In this document: piece after piece, positions 17,078 to 27,137 of the stretch
Numbering within the stretch: position 1 is the stretch's first letter
Layout: each line of letters begins with the position of its first letter
Origin: an uncultured bacterium
GTDB lineage: Bacteria > GCA-001730085
Assembly: GCA_964565945.1 (NCBI GenBank)
Contig: CAZMGY010000033.1
Coordinates: 1 to 32,000, forward strand
Direction of reading: 5' to 3'
DNA length: 32,000 nt
The notes under the pieces: generated by a model
Seen by the model: only the letters and a program-made list of their open reading frames with translations
Database searches by the model: none
What the model was told of the DNA's origin: nothing
Made by a program: the position numbers and the translations under genes

Positions 17078-18097
17078 TCATTCTCCCTTGACTTGATCTT
17101 TTGGGGCAGTTTCTTGAGACACTTTTTCTTTAACGGGCTCAGCTGACTCGGTAAAAGCAACTTGTTCTTCGGCTTGTTCTTCACTTGATCCTTTAACCGC
17201 TGTCGCTTGTTGGGCAACTTTTTCCTGAACTTTAGCCACTTTTTCAGCTTCACGATTCTGACGTGCAATGTCGGCAGCTTTTTCTTTAGCCATTTCACGC
17301 TCCTTGCGAATCGCTTCTTTTTCTTTTTGTTCCTTGCGAACAGCTTCTTCAACGGTACGTTTAGCATCTTCTTCAGCCGCAATACGTGCCACTTTTTCGG
17401 CCACTTTTTCAGCATAAACTTGCTTGCCCTGATACGCCGCTTCCGACAAAGCATGCAAAATAAGACATACCGCTTTGATCGAATCATCGTTGATAGGAAT
17501 GCAAATATCAACTTCATTAGGGTTGCAATTAGTGTCCACAAGACCAATCACAGGAATGCCCAAAGCATGGGCTTCTTTAACCGCAATCAACTCCTTATCG
17601 ATATCGACAACCACCAAAAAACCTGGCAGTTGATTCATACTTTGAATACCTTCGAGGTTTCGCTTAAGACGTTCCGCAAGTTTGCGCAACTTTAGGATTT
17701 CTTTTTTAGGACGCAAATGGATCGTACCGTCCTCTTCCATCGCCTCAATATTAGCCAATTTTTGGATACTTTGACGAATAGTTTGATGATTGGTCAGCAT
17801 TCCCCCAAGCCAACGCTCACATACAAAGGGAGAACTCACACGCAAAGCCTCGTCACGCACACTATCACGAGCTTGTTTTTTGGTTCCAACAAACATAACA
17901 TCTTGACCATTCAGCGTAATGTCATATACAAAACGACAAGCTTCATTTAACTTTTGAACCGTTTGGCGCAAATCAATGATATAAACTCCATTGCGTTCAC
18001 TATGGATAAATGGCGCCATTCTGGGATCCCACTTTCGTGTACGATGACCAAAGTGAGCCCCAGCTTCCAACAACTGCTTCATCATTACGCTTGCCAA
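17078..18097 (-). CDS. rpsB: 30S ribosomal protein S2 with a ~100-aa K/E/A-rich C-terminal extension
   Basis: LLEAGAHFGHRTRKWDPRM...YIIDLRQT...GGMLTN... is the S2 core. TTG start at 18097, 6 nt after AAGGAGG. The first ATG would be 18 nt from the Shine-Dalgarno sequence. Confidence 0.93.
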   Translation of the reverse strand: MASVMMKQLLEAGAHFGHRTRKWDPRMAPFIHSERNGVYIIDLRQTVQKLNEACRFVYDITLNGQDVMFVGTKKQARDSVRDEALRVSSPFVCERWLGGMLTNHQTIRQSIQKLANIEAMEEDGTIHLRPKKEILKLRKLAERLKRNLEGIQSMNQLPGFLVVVDIDKELIAVKEAHALGIPVIGLVDTNCNPNEVDICIPINDDSIKAVCLILHALSEAAYQGKQVYAEKVAEKVARIAAEEDAKRTVEEAVRKEQKEKEAIRKEREMAKEKAADIARQNREAEKVAKVQEKVAQQATAVKGSSEEQAEEQVAFTESAEPVKEKVSQETAPKDQVKGE

Positions 18098-18222
18098 GAC
18101 GACCCTCCTTCAAATAAAATTTCTCTAATACTAATACTTAATCAATTGCTTCAAAAGATTTATATACTCTATCAAAGAGAGAGCATTTCGTCAATCTCAA
18201 AAATCCATCACAGAGGAATGAT

Positions 18223-19578
18223 TCAAATGCGTCGGTAACGCCATTCTTGGGTAAAAAACAAAGCCGCCGTGCTACCCGCCTGAAACAACGACGCCAGCAT
18301 AATGGCCCACCAAATGCCATACACACCCATCTCCCAAAAATGGGTATAGAACAAAACCAAAGGAATCTGAATAAACCAAAGACAAACAGCATTAATTGTT
18401 ATAGCTGAGGAAGTATCCCCAGCGCCATTCAAAGCACGTCCCAACACAAAACCCACACCCAACACAAAGTAAGGAATGGTGCTCACTTTCAGATAGTCCA
18501 TGCCTAGACGGATCACTTCGAAATCGTTTGTAAACAAGCCCATAATCTTTTGCGGCCAAGCCACATAGATCAAAGCTACAATTTGCATGATCACAGCATT
18601 GTAAAAGGCTGGCAACAAAGCACTCTGCATCGCCATGGTCTGACGCTGTGCCCCTAAATGCTGGCCAATCAAAATCGAGGCCGCCGCACCCAAACCAAAA
18701 CCCGGCATCATGGCAATATTAAGCAATTTGATTCCTATCCCATACGCTGCTACGGCTTTATAGCCAAACTGCCCCACAATTACAACCATTAATAAGGCCA
18801 TCCCGCAACGCATGCTCATATGAATCGAACCAGGAATACCTACTTTTAATATACGCATCATAATACCAAAATTCAGTTTTAACGTAGTCCATTTAAGATG
18901 AATCTTTTTATTAGAGTTCACAAACGCATACATACAAACCAAAGTCCCTAAACTTCGCGAAATCACCGTCGCCAAGGCCGCACCCTCGATACCCATACCT
19001 TCCAAGCGTCCACCACCAAAAATAAGCACAGGATCCAAAAAAAAGTTGACACAGGTCGCCAACACCGTTGCATACATAGGCGTTTTCAAATCGCTGGCTC
19101 CTTGCAAAATATAGATGCTTAAAAACATAAAAAAGAGAACAAACGAACCATAGAAAGAAATTTTCAAATAAGAAGTGGTAAGAGCTGCGGTGGGGGGATC
19201 GGCACCTAACAGCAATAGGGCTGGCTCGATATAAAAACAACCCAGAACAGCTATCAATAAAACAACCCCTGTGCCCAAAATAAAGGAATGCCAAGCCGTA
19301 CGACTGGCCTCTTCATAATCACGAGCCCCCACACAATGCGCCACAATAGCGCTAGTTCCAATTGCAATCCCCACAATAGCTGTGCTTAAGACCATAAGCA
19401 CATCGCTCGCCCAAGAAATAGCTGCGAGCTCCTGCACTCCTAAACGCCCAATCCAAAACATATCGACCGCATGAAAAAGTGTCTGCAAAACATGGCACAA
19501 AATCATAGGCCACGCCACGGTCAAGACCTGGCGACGCACCACAGCCTTCTGTTTTTTCTTATAGGCTCGTTTGACCAT
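18223..19578 (-). CDS. MATE-family multidrug/toxin efflux transporter
   Basis: 451 aa, about 12 TM helices. N-terminal VLTVAWPMILCHVLQTLFHAVDMFWIGRLG is typical of NorM/MATE proteins. Confidence 0.85.
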   Translation of the reverse strand: MVKRAYKKKQKAVVRRQVLTVAWPMILCHVLQTLFHAVDMFWIGRLGVQELAAISWASDVLMVLSTAIVGIAIGTSAIVAHCVGARDYEEASRTAWHSFILGTGVVLLIAVLGCFYIEPALLLLGADPPTAALTTSYLKISFYGSFVLFFMFLSIYILQGASDLKTPMYATVLATCVNFFLDPVLIFGGGRLEGMGIEGAALATVISRSLGTLVCMYAFVNSNKKIHLKWTTLKLNFGIMMRILKVGIPGSIHMSMRCGMALLMVVIVGQFGYKAVAAYGIGIKLLNIAMMPGFGLGAAASILIGQHLGAQRQTMAMQSALLPAFYNAVIMQIVALIYVAWPQKIMGLFTNDFEVIRLGMDYLKVSTIPYFVLGVGFVLGRALNGAGDTSSAITINAVCLWFIQIPLVLFYTHFWEMGVYGIWWAIMLASLFQAGSTAALFFTQEWRYRRI

Positions 19579-19586
19579 GTCGCAGA

Positions 19587-20138
19587 TTACTCATCGCTCA
19601 TCCGGCGAGCAAAGGTGACCAACTTGTCCCAATAACTCCGCGTGACTTCATAGCCTTGATCCAACTGTGACGAACTCTGGACCAGGGTTTTAACTGCTTC
19701 GAAATCGACTTTATGCCCCAAGGCCTTTTTCATTTTTTGAAACTGATCTTTACGGCAAACAAATAAATATTGCAACTCAATGCTCACATAGTCTTCGAAC
19801 ATTTGAATATTTTCCACATAGGCACCCTGGACAAATCCGTCTTCCTGAGAAAGCTGATACACCTGATCCAAGTAGGGACGCAATACATCGATATGCTTGC
19901 TCATCTCGAGCATTCCTTGGTGCACTGCCAAGCGCTTGGCCATCATCTGATTGATGCGATCTGTTTTAATGGGATAGGGATATTCGGCTTGTCCTGTGAC
20001 CACAAATATTCCCTGGTAAGACTGCCCACCTTCTGGCACAATAACAATTTTCGGCTTTACTTTCGCAGCCATAAGGGACGTGCTAACCATAAACACCATC
20101 ACGATCATCGCCATCTGGTTAATCCATCGAAACATCAA
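19587..20138 (-). CDS. hypothetical secreted protein
   Basis: 183 aa with signal-like MAMIVMVFMVSTSLMAA. The start overlaps the rnc stop. No family recognised. Confidence 0.6.
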   Translation of the reverse strand: MMFRWINQMAMIVMVFMVSTSLMAAKVKPKIVIVPEGGQSYQGIFVVTGQAEYPYPIKTDRINQMMAKRLAVHQGMLEMSKHIDVLRPYLDQVYQLSQEDGFVQGAYVENIQMFEDYVSIELQYLFVCRKDQFQKMKKALGHKVDFEAVKTLVQSSSQLDQGYEVTRSYWDKLVTFARRMSDE

Positions 20139-20836
20139 CTGTTCTCCTCAAGCTTCAATGATTTCAATTTTGTCCACAACTTATGAGCAGCATTCTTCTG
20201 AGCTTCCTTTTTATTGACACCATGCCCTTGGGCCTTATATTTTTGCCCCGTAGACACCTGTGCCACAAATATTTTTTGATGTTCTTCCCCACTCTCGACC
20301 ACAATCTTATACTTAGGAACCACACCCAAGAGGCATTGCGACAACTCCTGAAGACACCCTTTGTAATTGGTATGAACGTCCCCCAAATCCTTATCCACAA
20401 TCAAAGGGTAAAACCAACGACGAATCAACTTTTTCGCCTCTTCGTACCCCCCATCGAGAAAAATAGCACCAATCAGAGCCTCTAGCAAATCCGAAAGCAG
20501 TGAATCTTGATCGCGACTTTCCTGCTGACGTTTGCCTCCCGACAGGAGCAAGTAGAACCCCAAATTAAAATCTCGTGCCAGTGCAGCCAAGGACTTCTGA
20601 TTGACCAACGACGACCGATACTTCGATAAAAACCCTTCTTGTTGCTTGGGAAATTTGCGATAAATAAGCTCCGCAATCACAAGATCCAAAACAGCATCCC
20701 CCAAAAACTCCAAACGCTGATTATCCTTGAGATTGTTTTCATGCCCATAAGATCGATGAACCAAGGCCATTTTCAGCAGAGACACCTTGTGAAATCGATA
20801 CTTTAGGAGTTTTTGCAAGCCCTCTATATTTTGCAT
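20135..20836 (-). CDS. rnc: ribonuclease III
   Basis: ALVHRSY...NQRLEFLGDAVLDLVIAE signature plus a C-terminal dsRBD (KGCLQELSQ...KKEAQKNAAHKLW). The ATG at 20836 (MQNIEGLQKLL...) is preferred to the ORF-track start at 21004, which overlaps the upstream gene. Confidence 0.9.
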   Translation of the reverse strand: MQNIEGLQKLLKYRFHKVSLLKMALVHRSYGHENNLKDNQRLEFLGDAVLDLVIAELIYRKFPKQQEGFLSKYRSSLVNQKSLAALARDFNLGFYLLLSGGKRQQESRDQDSLLSDLLEALIGAIFLDGGYEEAKKLIRRWFYPLIVDKDLGDVHTNYKGCLQELSQCLLGVVPKYKIVVESGEEHQKIFVAQVSTGQKYKAQGHGVNKKEAQKNAAHKLWTKLKSLKLEENS

Positions 20837-20900
20837 ACACACCTCAACGCTGACAAGTGGTCCAATTATAGCATAGGAGAAACAGAGATTGCAAAGAAGG

Positions 20901-22565
20901 CTACAGGTCCGCTTTGGGCCAAATAATCGGCCAAGACAAGGCCTCTCTATGGGCATATTGGCGATCAAACGGATGCCCCCCCACACCATCCCACTCAGAC
21001 ACAATCACTTGGTCGCCCCACGACATGGGCGACTGGCTCAATAAATGATAAGACCCTTTCGAATGAAGTAACTCTGAGCGATACGCCCACTTTTGGGGCC
21101 ATGCATCCCGATAGCGTTGCCAGTACTTCGGCTCCACCAGCCAGTAGTCGGCGTTAGGATGTAGCTGAGTGATCAATTGGCGACAAAGATCCTCTTGGGA
21201 TGGATTCAGGTCATAGGCACCTATCACAGGGCGATGAAACAGTAGTCTTGCCACTGGAGGCTCCCCAAAAGACGCAATGGTGGCATCCTCGGGCAAGGTT
21301 TCGCGCACCCAAATAGCCACATCTTTATGAACTGGCTGAGGCCGATGCACATAACCATTAACAGGTTTAACCATAAATCCAGGATACGCCCGCCCTCGGT
21401 GATAAACACCTTCGAAGGTGAGCCACAGCATCTCGCAAACGATTAGGGCGCACACACTGTAAAAGGCGATCCGTTTGATCCGTACAGGCTGACTCCACCT
21501 CCAAAGAGCTTCTAAACTTAACAGAACCAAAGGCACCGTCGCCATCACCATGTAACAACGAGCACTCACCCCAGCCGTAATCGTGCGATCGACCATAAAC
21601 ATCCACGGAAAACCATAGGCCAACACCATCACCATCCAAATAGCTTTCATCTTTTTATACCAACACAGGCAAATCCCATAAGCCAGCCCCAATGGTGCCA
21701 ACAAAGTCAATATCCATCCGTAGCTTTGCCGAAAGTCCTTGAAGGTTTGAGTAAGATAGTTCGCCCAAATCACATTTTTTTCCAAGTTATGCCCTATAAA
21801 GCCATATTCCATATGACCTTGAAAACTAAAGTAAACAAACGCCAAGGCAATAGGCGCAAAAGTCGCACAGGGCCACAACAAAGCCAGCTTAGGAAAGTTT
21901 TCTTTAAAAAGACTCCACGCTTTACCCCAGTGGCCCCAAGCAAACAACACCACGGCAGAGAAGGTAACCACCATCATCATAGGAAATTGACTGTCACAAA
22001 TCACATAACCAGCCAAACAGAACATAGCGGCATGCACTCGTCGACGCTTAGTAAACCCTTCCTCCATGCTAACCCAAAGAAACAACAGGTAATTAATGAG
22101 CAAGCAAAACGAAAGATGCCAATTCAGATTTGACCTTGCTGTCGATATCAACACAGGTGAAAGCCCCACCACTAAGGTCAAAATAAATGCCACATGCTCC
22201 AGGTGCCTGCGATTCAAAAATAGATACACATGTGCCATCGTGAGAGAAGCCATAACAAGATAGGGCAAAAATACCGTAACTTCGGTGATAGAAAATCCCA
22301 AAATAGACATCACAGCAATAGACGCCGCGCTAAACACCAAATGACCATAGCCCCAACCAAAGTTAATCACATAGGTTATATTTTTTAGAGTTTCCGACCA
22401 AGAGTTGAAAGAAAAAAGATCAATCAACTTAAGCGAATCCAATAAAAATCCAACCTGATCACCGCTGGTCTGAAAAACACTAACCTCTGACAATGTAAAC
22501 CAGCGAGCCATAAAACAGATCACCACAACAGCAAAGATATAAATGTTTTTATTCGTTGAATTCAT
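20901..22565 (-). CDS. polytopic membrane protein, GT-C-fold glycosyltransferase-like (ArnT/PMT-like; tentative) with a C-terminal soluble domain
   Basis: About 550 aa with at least 10 predicted TM helices, followed by a ~170-aa hydrophilic Trp-rich C-terminal domain. The topology resembles ArnT/PMT-type glycosyltransferases. The start is uncertain (ATG at 22565, 22574 or 22580; the ORF track gives 22637). Confidence 0.55.
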   Translation of the reverse strand: MNSTNKNIYIFAVVVICFMARWFTLSEVSVFQTSGDQVGFLLDSLKLIDLFSFNSWSETLKNITYVINFGWGYGHLVFSAASIAVMSILGFSITEVTVFLPYLVMASLTMAHVYLFLNRRHLEHVAFILTLVVGLSPVLISTARSNLNWHLSFCLLINYLLFLWVSMEEGFTKRRRVHAAMFCLAGYVICDSQFPMMMVVTFSAVVLFAWGHWGKAWSLFKENFPKLALLWPCATFAPIALAFVYFSFQGHMEYGFIGHNLEKNVIWANYLTQTFKDFRQSYGWILTLLAPLGLAYGICLCWYKKMKAIWMVMVLAYGFPWMFMVDRTITAGVSARCYMVMATVPLVLLSLEALWRWSQPVRIKRIAFYSVCALIVCEMLWLTFEGVYHRGRAYPGFMVKPVNGYVHRPQPVHKDVAIWVRETLPEDATIASFGEPPVARLLFHRPVIGAYDLNPSQEDLCRQLITQLHPNADYWLVEPKYWQRYRDAWPQKWAYRSELLHSKGSYHLLSQSPMSWGDQVIVSEWDGVGGHPFDRQYAHREALSWPIIWPKADL

Positions 22566-22941
22566 AGTGTTCATGAACATAACGCTCGAGATCTTCCAAA
22601 GAGCTAAAAAAATGCTCCTGATGCATTTCGCCTTCACTCATATGACAATTAACCTCGCCCCTTTCATCGTTGCCGTAATCACGACACATCTGAGGACGAC
22701 GTTCATACACAATGCAACGATTATTTTGCGCCAAGTAGCGACAACGGCTTTTGATTTCTAAAAACCATTCCCCTTCTTCCACATAAACCGTGGTCCCTTC
22801 ATGAGCGACGTACCACTTGATGTTTTCAAAATCTTCTTTGTCCTCGGGCGTATCAATTTGCAAGGCATAATAATGACAACAAATCGCGGGACACATATGA
22901 CATGGTGGAGATTGGACTGCTACAGAACTCACCTCACTCAT
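22549..22941 (-). CDS. YkgJ-family (UPF0153) Cys-cluster zinc/iron-chelating domain protein
   Basis: CHMCPAICCHYY (the C..C...CC motif) plus the downstream RCRYL...NRCIVYERRPQMCRDY pattern. Confidence 0.7.
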   Translation of the reverse strand: MSEVSSVAVQSPPCHMCPAICCHYYALQIDTPEDKEDFENIKWYVAHEGTTVYVEEGEWFLEIKSRCRYLAQNNRCIVYERRPQMCRDYGNDERGEVNCHMSEGEMHQEHFFSSLEDLERYVHEHYEFNE

Positions 22942-22944
22942 AGG

Positions 22945-23964
22945 CTAACTCGCATCTTTATTCGCTTCAAAAATAGCATAGAGCTCATCCAAACTTTCGT
23001 AGGCGATTTTGCCTAAATTCGGATCAAAATGACGTCCAATTTCACTCAACATGATTTTTTCAACTTTTTCACGAGGAAAAGGTGGTTTATAGACACGCTC
23101 GTTGACCAAAGCATCAAAAACATCGGCAATAGCCACCAAGCGAGCTTCAACAGGAATTTCTTCACCTTTGAGCCCTTCTGGATAACCTGTCCCTGTCCAG
23201 CGCTCGTGATGAAATAACGCAATATTTTGAGCGATGGGACTCATCCCAACCGATTTTAAAATGTCGTAACCAATTTTGGCGTGCGTTTTCATCACCGCCC
23301 ATTCTTGGGGATTCAAGCGCCCAGGTTTTTTAAGAATATCATCGGGCATTCCAATTTTACCCACATCATGCAAGGGAGCATAGCGTTCAATTTCGGCAAT
23401 AAACTCCTCGGGTAAACCATGCCGCTCTCCCATTAAGCGGGAATACAGACCTAAGCGTTGCATATGGCTTCCAGTGTCATCATCGTTGTACAAATTAGCC
23501 TGCTCTAATGCAGCAATGATCCCATCGGTCAGTTTATTGATCTCGGTATAAATCTCTTCGAGTGGTGTTTTTAAATGCTGGCGCAACTCTTTCTCTTTAA
23601 GAGATCGTCCCAACTGATTACGAAACGTAGCTATCTTTTGCAAATCCTCAGGCACAATATCTTTGAAATCAACAATCTTAACATGAGCCCGCCTAAGATC
23701 TGACTCTTCATCGGCCTGGCGAATCAAGCCCAAGGGCTGGATCAAGTTGCAATGTAAATACTTCATAATGCTCAAATAGATCGCAACCGACATCAATAAA
23801 AAAACGGTAAAAAGAATCAGAGTTAAGGTTAAAGACTGAGAAGCTCCCTCAACAACAAAGCCTATTTGCCAAAGACAAATCACCAGAAATGCACTCAGGC
23901 TAAATAAAAAAACACGGAAACACACCCCCCAGCCCAGGGTTTCCTTTAGTTGCTTTTGTTTCAT
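22945..23964 (-). CDS. membrane-anchored HD-GYP domain phosphodiesterase (c-di-GMP-specific family)
   Basis: Two N-terminal TM segments. HD-GYP hallmarks: APLHDVGKIGMPDDILKKPGRL...MKTHAKIG...FHHERWTGTGYPEGL...IADVFDAL. Confidence 0.85.
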   Translation of the reverse strand: MKQKQLKETLGWGVCFRVFLFSLSAFLVICLWQIGFVVEGASQSLTLTLILFTVFLLMSVAIYLSIMKYLHCNLIQPLGLIRQADEESDLRRAHVKIVDFKDIVPEDLQKIATFRNQLGRSLKEKELRQHLKTPLEEIYTEINKLTDGIIAALEQANLYNDDDTGSHMQRLGLYSRLMGERHGLPEEFIAEIERYAPLHDVGKIGMPDDILKKPGRLNPQEWAVMKTHAKIGYDILKSVGMSPIAQNIALFHHERWTGTGYPEGLKGEEIPVEARLVAIADVFDALVNERVYKPPFPREKVEKIMLSEIGRHFDPNLGKIAYESLDELYAIFEANKDAS

Positions 23965-23997
23965 GAATCACTCAACCCCACATAGAATAACGCAACC

Positions 23998-24006
23998 ATT
24001 GTATCA
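23998..24006 (-). promoter_or_regulatory. extended -10 promoter element TGaTACAAT upstream of the HD-GYP gene
   Basis: Minus strand reads ...TTGTTTTCAAAAATGATACAATGG... about 34 nt upstream of the ATG at 23964. Only weak TTGTTT-like -35 candidates are present. Confidence 0.35.
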
Positions 24007-24202
24007 TTTTTGAAAACAAAACAAAAATCTGAAAGATTATACACTTACTAAGAACAAGGGTCAAAACAGTGTTGATGTTTTGCACGTTGCTTGCTGAAGG
24101 TTCAGTGAGAGAAGAATCAAAGGTTCGGTCGGCCCCTCCCCTTAAGAGGAAAAGAATCAACCACTTTGTTATACTAAAAAACAAATTAAAGTCCAATGAT
24201 TA

Positions 24203-25447
24203 TTACTGACCTAAGGCATTCATCATGCTCACAAGAGGCAAGAACATTGCCACCACAATAAATCCTACAAGCAGAGCTAAAAAGACGATCAAAGCTGGTT
24301 CAATTAGCTTTGTCATTGTTTCAATCATATTTTTAACATCTTCTTCATAGAGATTAGCCACCTTGAGAAACATTTTGTCCAACTGACCTGACTCTTCACC
24401 CACATCGACCATATTAACCATGATCTGAGGAAAAGCCTTAATGGTCTCCATCGATTCAGACACCGAACTCCCTTCACGCACCTGAACTTGAACCGATTCG
24501 ATAGCACACACAAACACTTGGTTGGTGGCTGCTGTTTTGGAAATATCAAAGGCCTGCAAAATAGGCACTCCACTTTGCAACAAGGTTCCCATTAAACGCG
24601 AAAATCGAACCACTTCAATATTTTCCAAAAAATCTCCCCAAAAAGGAATTTTAAGACACACACCATCCCACACATAGAGAACCCAACTTAAGCGCATTGC
24701 CAAGCGTATCACAATAACCAACCCAATAAATCCGCCCACAATCCATAGAAAATAATTTTTAACAAGATAACTCGACATCAATAGCAAACGCGTCGCATAG
24801 GGCAATTCAACCTTAAGCTCACTAAAGAGCAATTGAAACTTAGGAATCACAAAAAGCAACAAAACAAACACCACAAACACGGCCGCCATCAAAATCATCG
24901 CAGGATAAAACATGGCATGGGTCACACGCTTACGGAACCAATGGGCTTGCTCAAAAAATTCTGCCAAACGCTCTAGAACAATCGATAAAACCCCTCCAAT
25001 TTCACCCGCCCTAACCATGCTAATGTACAGGCGATTAAAGGTCGCTGGATAACAACTCATCGACTGCGACAACATTTCTCCCGAAGAAATATCCATCTCC
25101 ATTCGCCCAACAATATAGCCCATCGCCGCCACCTTCTTTTGCTCTTTGAGAACTTTAAGAGAACGCAACAACGGCAAACCAGCATCGAGCAAAGTGGCTA
25201 ACTTACGCGTAAACATAAACACATCTTTGCGCGAAGTAGTACGAACTTGAAACAAAGGCATTTTTTTCACATTGAGATACAAGGCTTTGGCCGAACCTCT
25301 CTTTTTGTCAGCTATTGTGCTTATGCTCATCACATAAAGGCCTTCTTCGCGAATTTTCAAACGAGCGACCTCTTCGCTGAGACCCTCCACTTCTCGGGTG
25401 CTTTCGCCCCCCTTCTTATCAACAACTTTTACGATATATTTTGGCAT
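24203..25447 (-). CDS. type II secretion / type IV pilus platform protein (GspF/PilC family)
   Basis: 414 aa. Two T2SSF repeats (FTRKLATLLDAGLPLLRSL...; FSRLMGTLLQSGVPILQAF...) and three TM segments. Confidence 0.9.
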   Translation of the reverse strand: MPKYIVKVVDKKGGESTREVEGLSEEVARLKIREEGLYVMSISTIADKKRGSAKALYLNVKKMPLFQVRTTSRKDVFMFTRKLATLLDAGLPLLRSLKVLKEQKKVAAMGYIVGRMEMDISSGEMLSQSMSCYPATFNRLYISMVRAGEIGGVLSIVLERLAEFFEQAHWFRKRVTHAMFYPAMILMAAVFVVFVLLLFVIPKFQLLFSELKVELPYATRLLLMSSYLVKNYFLWIVGGFIGLVIVIRLAMRLSWVLYVWDGVCLKIPFWGDFLENIEVVRFSRLMGTLLQSGVPILQAFDISKTAATNQVFVCAIESVQVQVREGSSVSESMETIKAFPQIMVNMVDVGEESGQLDKMFLKVANLYEEDVKNMIETMTKLIEPALIVFLALLVGFIVVAMFLPLVSMMNALGQ

Positions 25448-25454
25448 ACGAATT

Positions 25455-27137
25455 TTACCTTAACGCTTCCTGCGTTTGTTGCAATACTTCGTTCAAACTT
25501 GTTACACCTGCAAACACTTTTTGTAAACCGTCATCTCGCAACATAACCATACCATCCTTTTGTGCCTGATAACGTAAACTTTGTTCCGAAGAACCTTCGA
25601 GAATAAGCTCTTTCAGTTGTGGCGTCATTGTTAAAATTTCAAAAATGCCTGTTCGACCATGATAACCCGAAAATTGACACCTCTCACAACCCGCAGCTTT
25701 AAAAAACTTACGCAAACTTAAGTCCACTCCCATAACACCTAATTGGTCAAGCAAAGACGGCGAGGGAGCCGCCTCTTCTTTACAAAAAGAACATAGCACA
25801 CGCAAGAGACGCTGTGCCACCACAAGCCTAACGGTCGAAGTAATCAAAAAAGGTTCTATACTCATATCCAAAAGACGTGTAATTGAACCTATCGTATCAT
25901 TAGTGTGCAAAGTGCTTAAAACTAAGTGCCCAGTTAAGGCCGACTGAACAGCAACCCCCACCGTTTCGGAGTCGCGCATTTCGCCAATCATAAGAACATC
26001 GGGATCTTGACGCAAAATATGGCGCAAACATTTGGCAAAGGTCAAATGAATTTTATGCTTCACTGCCGTCTGAATCACGCCATCCACCTCATACTCAATA
26101 GGATCTTCAACCGTCATTATTTTTCGTTCAATCCCATTCAAACTCTTGAGCAAAGCATAAATCGAAGTGGTTTTTCCCGACCCCGTCGGACCAGTGGTAA
26201 GAATAATACCGCCATTATGTGTTAGCGCGCACTTCATCTGTTCTTCCTGGGCAGTGCTTAAGCCTAAATCGGTTAAGGACAAAGCTACGTGGTTTTTATC
26301 CAACACACGTATCACAATGCATTCCCCAAAAATCGTGGGCAAAGTCGCCACACGTAAATCAATCAGCACATCCCCCAAACGATAATCTATACGCCCATCC
26401 TGAGGCAGACGTGTTTCCGCAATATCCATATCGGCCATCACCTTAATGCGCGAAGTCACGGCCAAACTCACTTCCAAGGGGATCATCATCATTTCCACCA
26501 AAACCCCATCGATACGACACCTCACTTTAAGTCCCTCCAGCATAGGCTCAAAATGGATATCACTGGCCAGATCTTTGATCGACTGCGACAAAACAACATT
26601 CACTAAATCAATCACAGGCGTGTTTTCAAGGTCATTTTGAACAATTTGCTCAAGACCTTCAATCGATATGGCCGCAGGGTCATCCTGACTATCTTCCCCT
26701 AAAAACACCTGATAATACTTGGCCTGCGCATATCGCAAATCACTCTCACTGGTTAAAACAAAGTCAATCTGAGCATTGAGCACAAAGCGTAAATCATCGG
26801 CATGCACCACATTCATCACATCTCCAATGGCCAAGGTAAGTCGCTGTTCTTCATAAGCTATCGGCACCACATCGTAGGTCTTAATAACGTCTTCACCGAC
26901 CATGGCAATCACCTTATCGGGTATCACGAAACTTTTAAGAGACGCCGTATCTAACTCGTGTTGAACACCCAAGACACTGCAAACTTGGTCTTCCGAAGCA
27001 AAACCTAACTCAACAAGCACTCGCCCTAAAGGCTTACCAGTTCTCATTTGTTTGCGCAAAGCTTCTTTAAGTTGATCTTTGGTAATAATCAAACGTGAGG
27101 TTAAAATATGCCCTAGCAGAGGCCTTTCATGCTCCAT
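25455..27137 (-). CDS. GspE/PilB-family secretion ATPase, copy 2 (MshEN/T2SSE_N-type N-terminus)
   Basis: Walker A GPTGSGKTT; Asp/His boxes (VEDPIEY, MIGEMRD, TGHLVLSTLHTND); tetra-Cys site CSFC...CERC. The N-terminus carries two 24-aa motifs separated by 5 aa. The start overlaps the upstream ATPase gene by 11 nt. Confidence 0.9.
   Translation of the reverse strand: MEHERPLLGHILTSRLIITKDQLKEALRKQMRTGKPLGRVLVELGFASEDQVCSVLGVQHELDTASLKSFVIPDKVIAMVGEDVIKTYDVVPIAYEEQRLTLAIGDVMNVVHADDLRFVLNAQIDFVLTSESDLRYAQAKYYQVFLGEDSQDDPAAISIEGLEQIVQNDLENTPVIDLVNVVLSQSIKDLASDIHFEPMLEGLKVRCRIDGVLVEMMMIPLEVSLAVTSRIKVMADMDIAETRLPQDGRIDYRLGDVLIDLRVATLPTIFGECIVIRVLDKNHVALSLTDLGLSTAQEEQMKCALTHNGGIILTTGPTGSGKTTSIYALLKSLNGIERKIMTVEDPIEYEVDGVIQTAVKHKIHLTFAKCLRHILRQDPDVLMIGEMRDSETVGVAVQSALTGHLVLSTLHTNDTIGSITRLLDMSIEPFLITSTVRLVVAQRLLRVLCSFCKEEAAPSPSLLDQLGVMGVDLSLRKFFKAAGCERCQFSGYHGRTGIFEILTMTPQLKELILEGSSEQSLRYQAQKDGMVMLRDDGLQKVFAGVTSLNEVLQQTQEALR

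Noticed and set aside
17071-17695. Alternative-frame ORFs of 158 aa (minus strand) and 162 aa (plus strand) inside rpsB.
   Set aside because: These Lys/Arg- or Phe-rich artefacts come from the GAA/AAG-rich S2 tail read out of frame or antisense. The S2 frame is clearly the real one.
20837-21004. Long rnc start at 21004, overlapping the upstream membrane-protein gene.
   Set aside because: The extension is Cys/Leu-rich and not RNase III-like. The ATG at 20836 gives the standard N-terminus just before the RNase III signature.
23972-24196. 74-aa TTG-initiated hydrophobic ORF in the gspF/HD-GYP intergenic region (possible small membrane protein or pilin).
   Set aside because: It has no class III (prepilin) signal, no Shine-Dalgarno sequence, and lies in an AT-rich spacer that contains the likely HD-GYP promoter. 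It cannot be excluded but is unsupported.
23965-24202. c-di-GMP riboswitch (GEMM-like) upstream of the HD-GYP gene.
   Set aside because: I could not find the conserved GEMM-I/II helices or the tetraloop-receptor sequence elements. The predicted leader after the -10 element is only about 30 nt.
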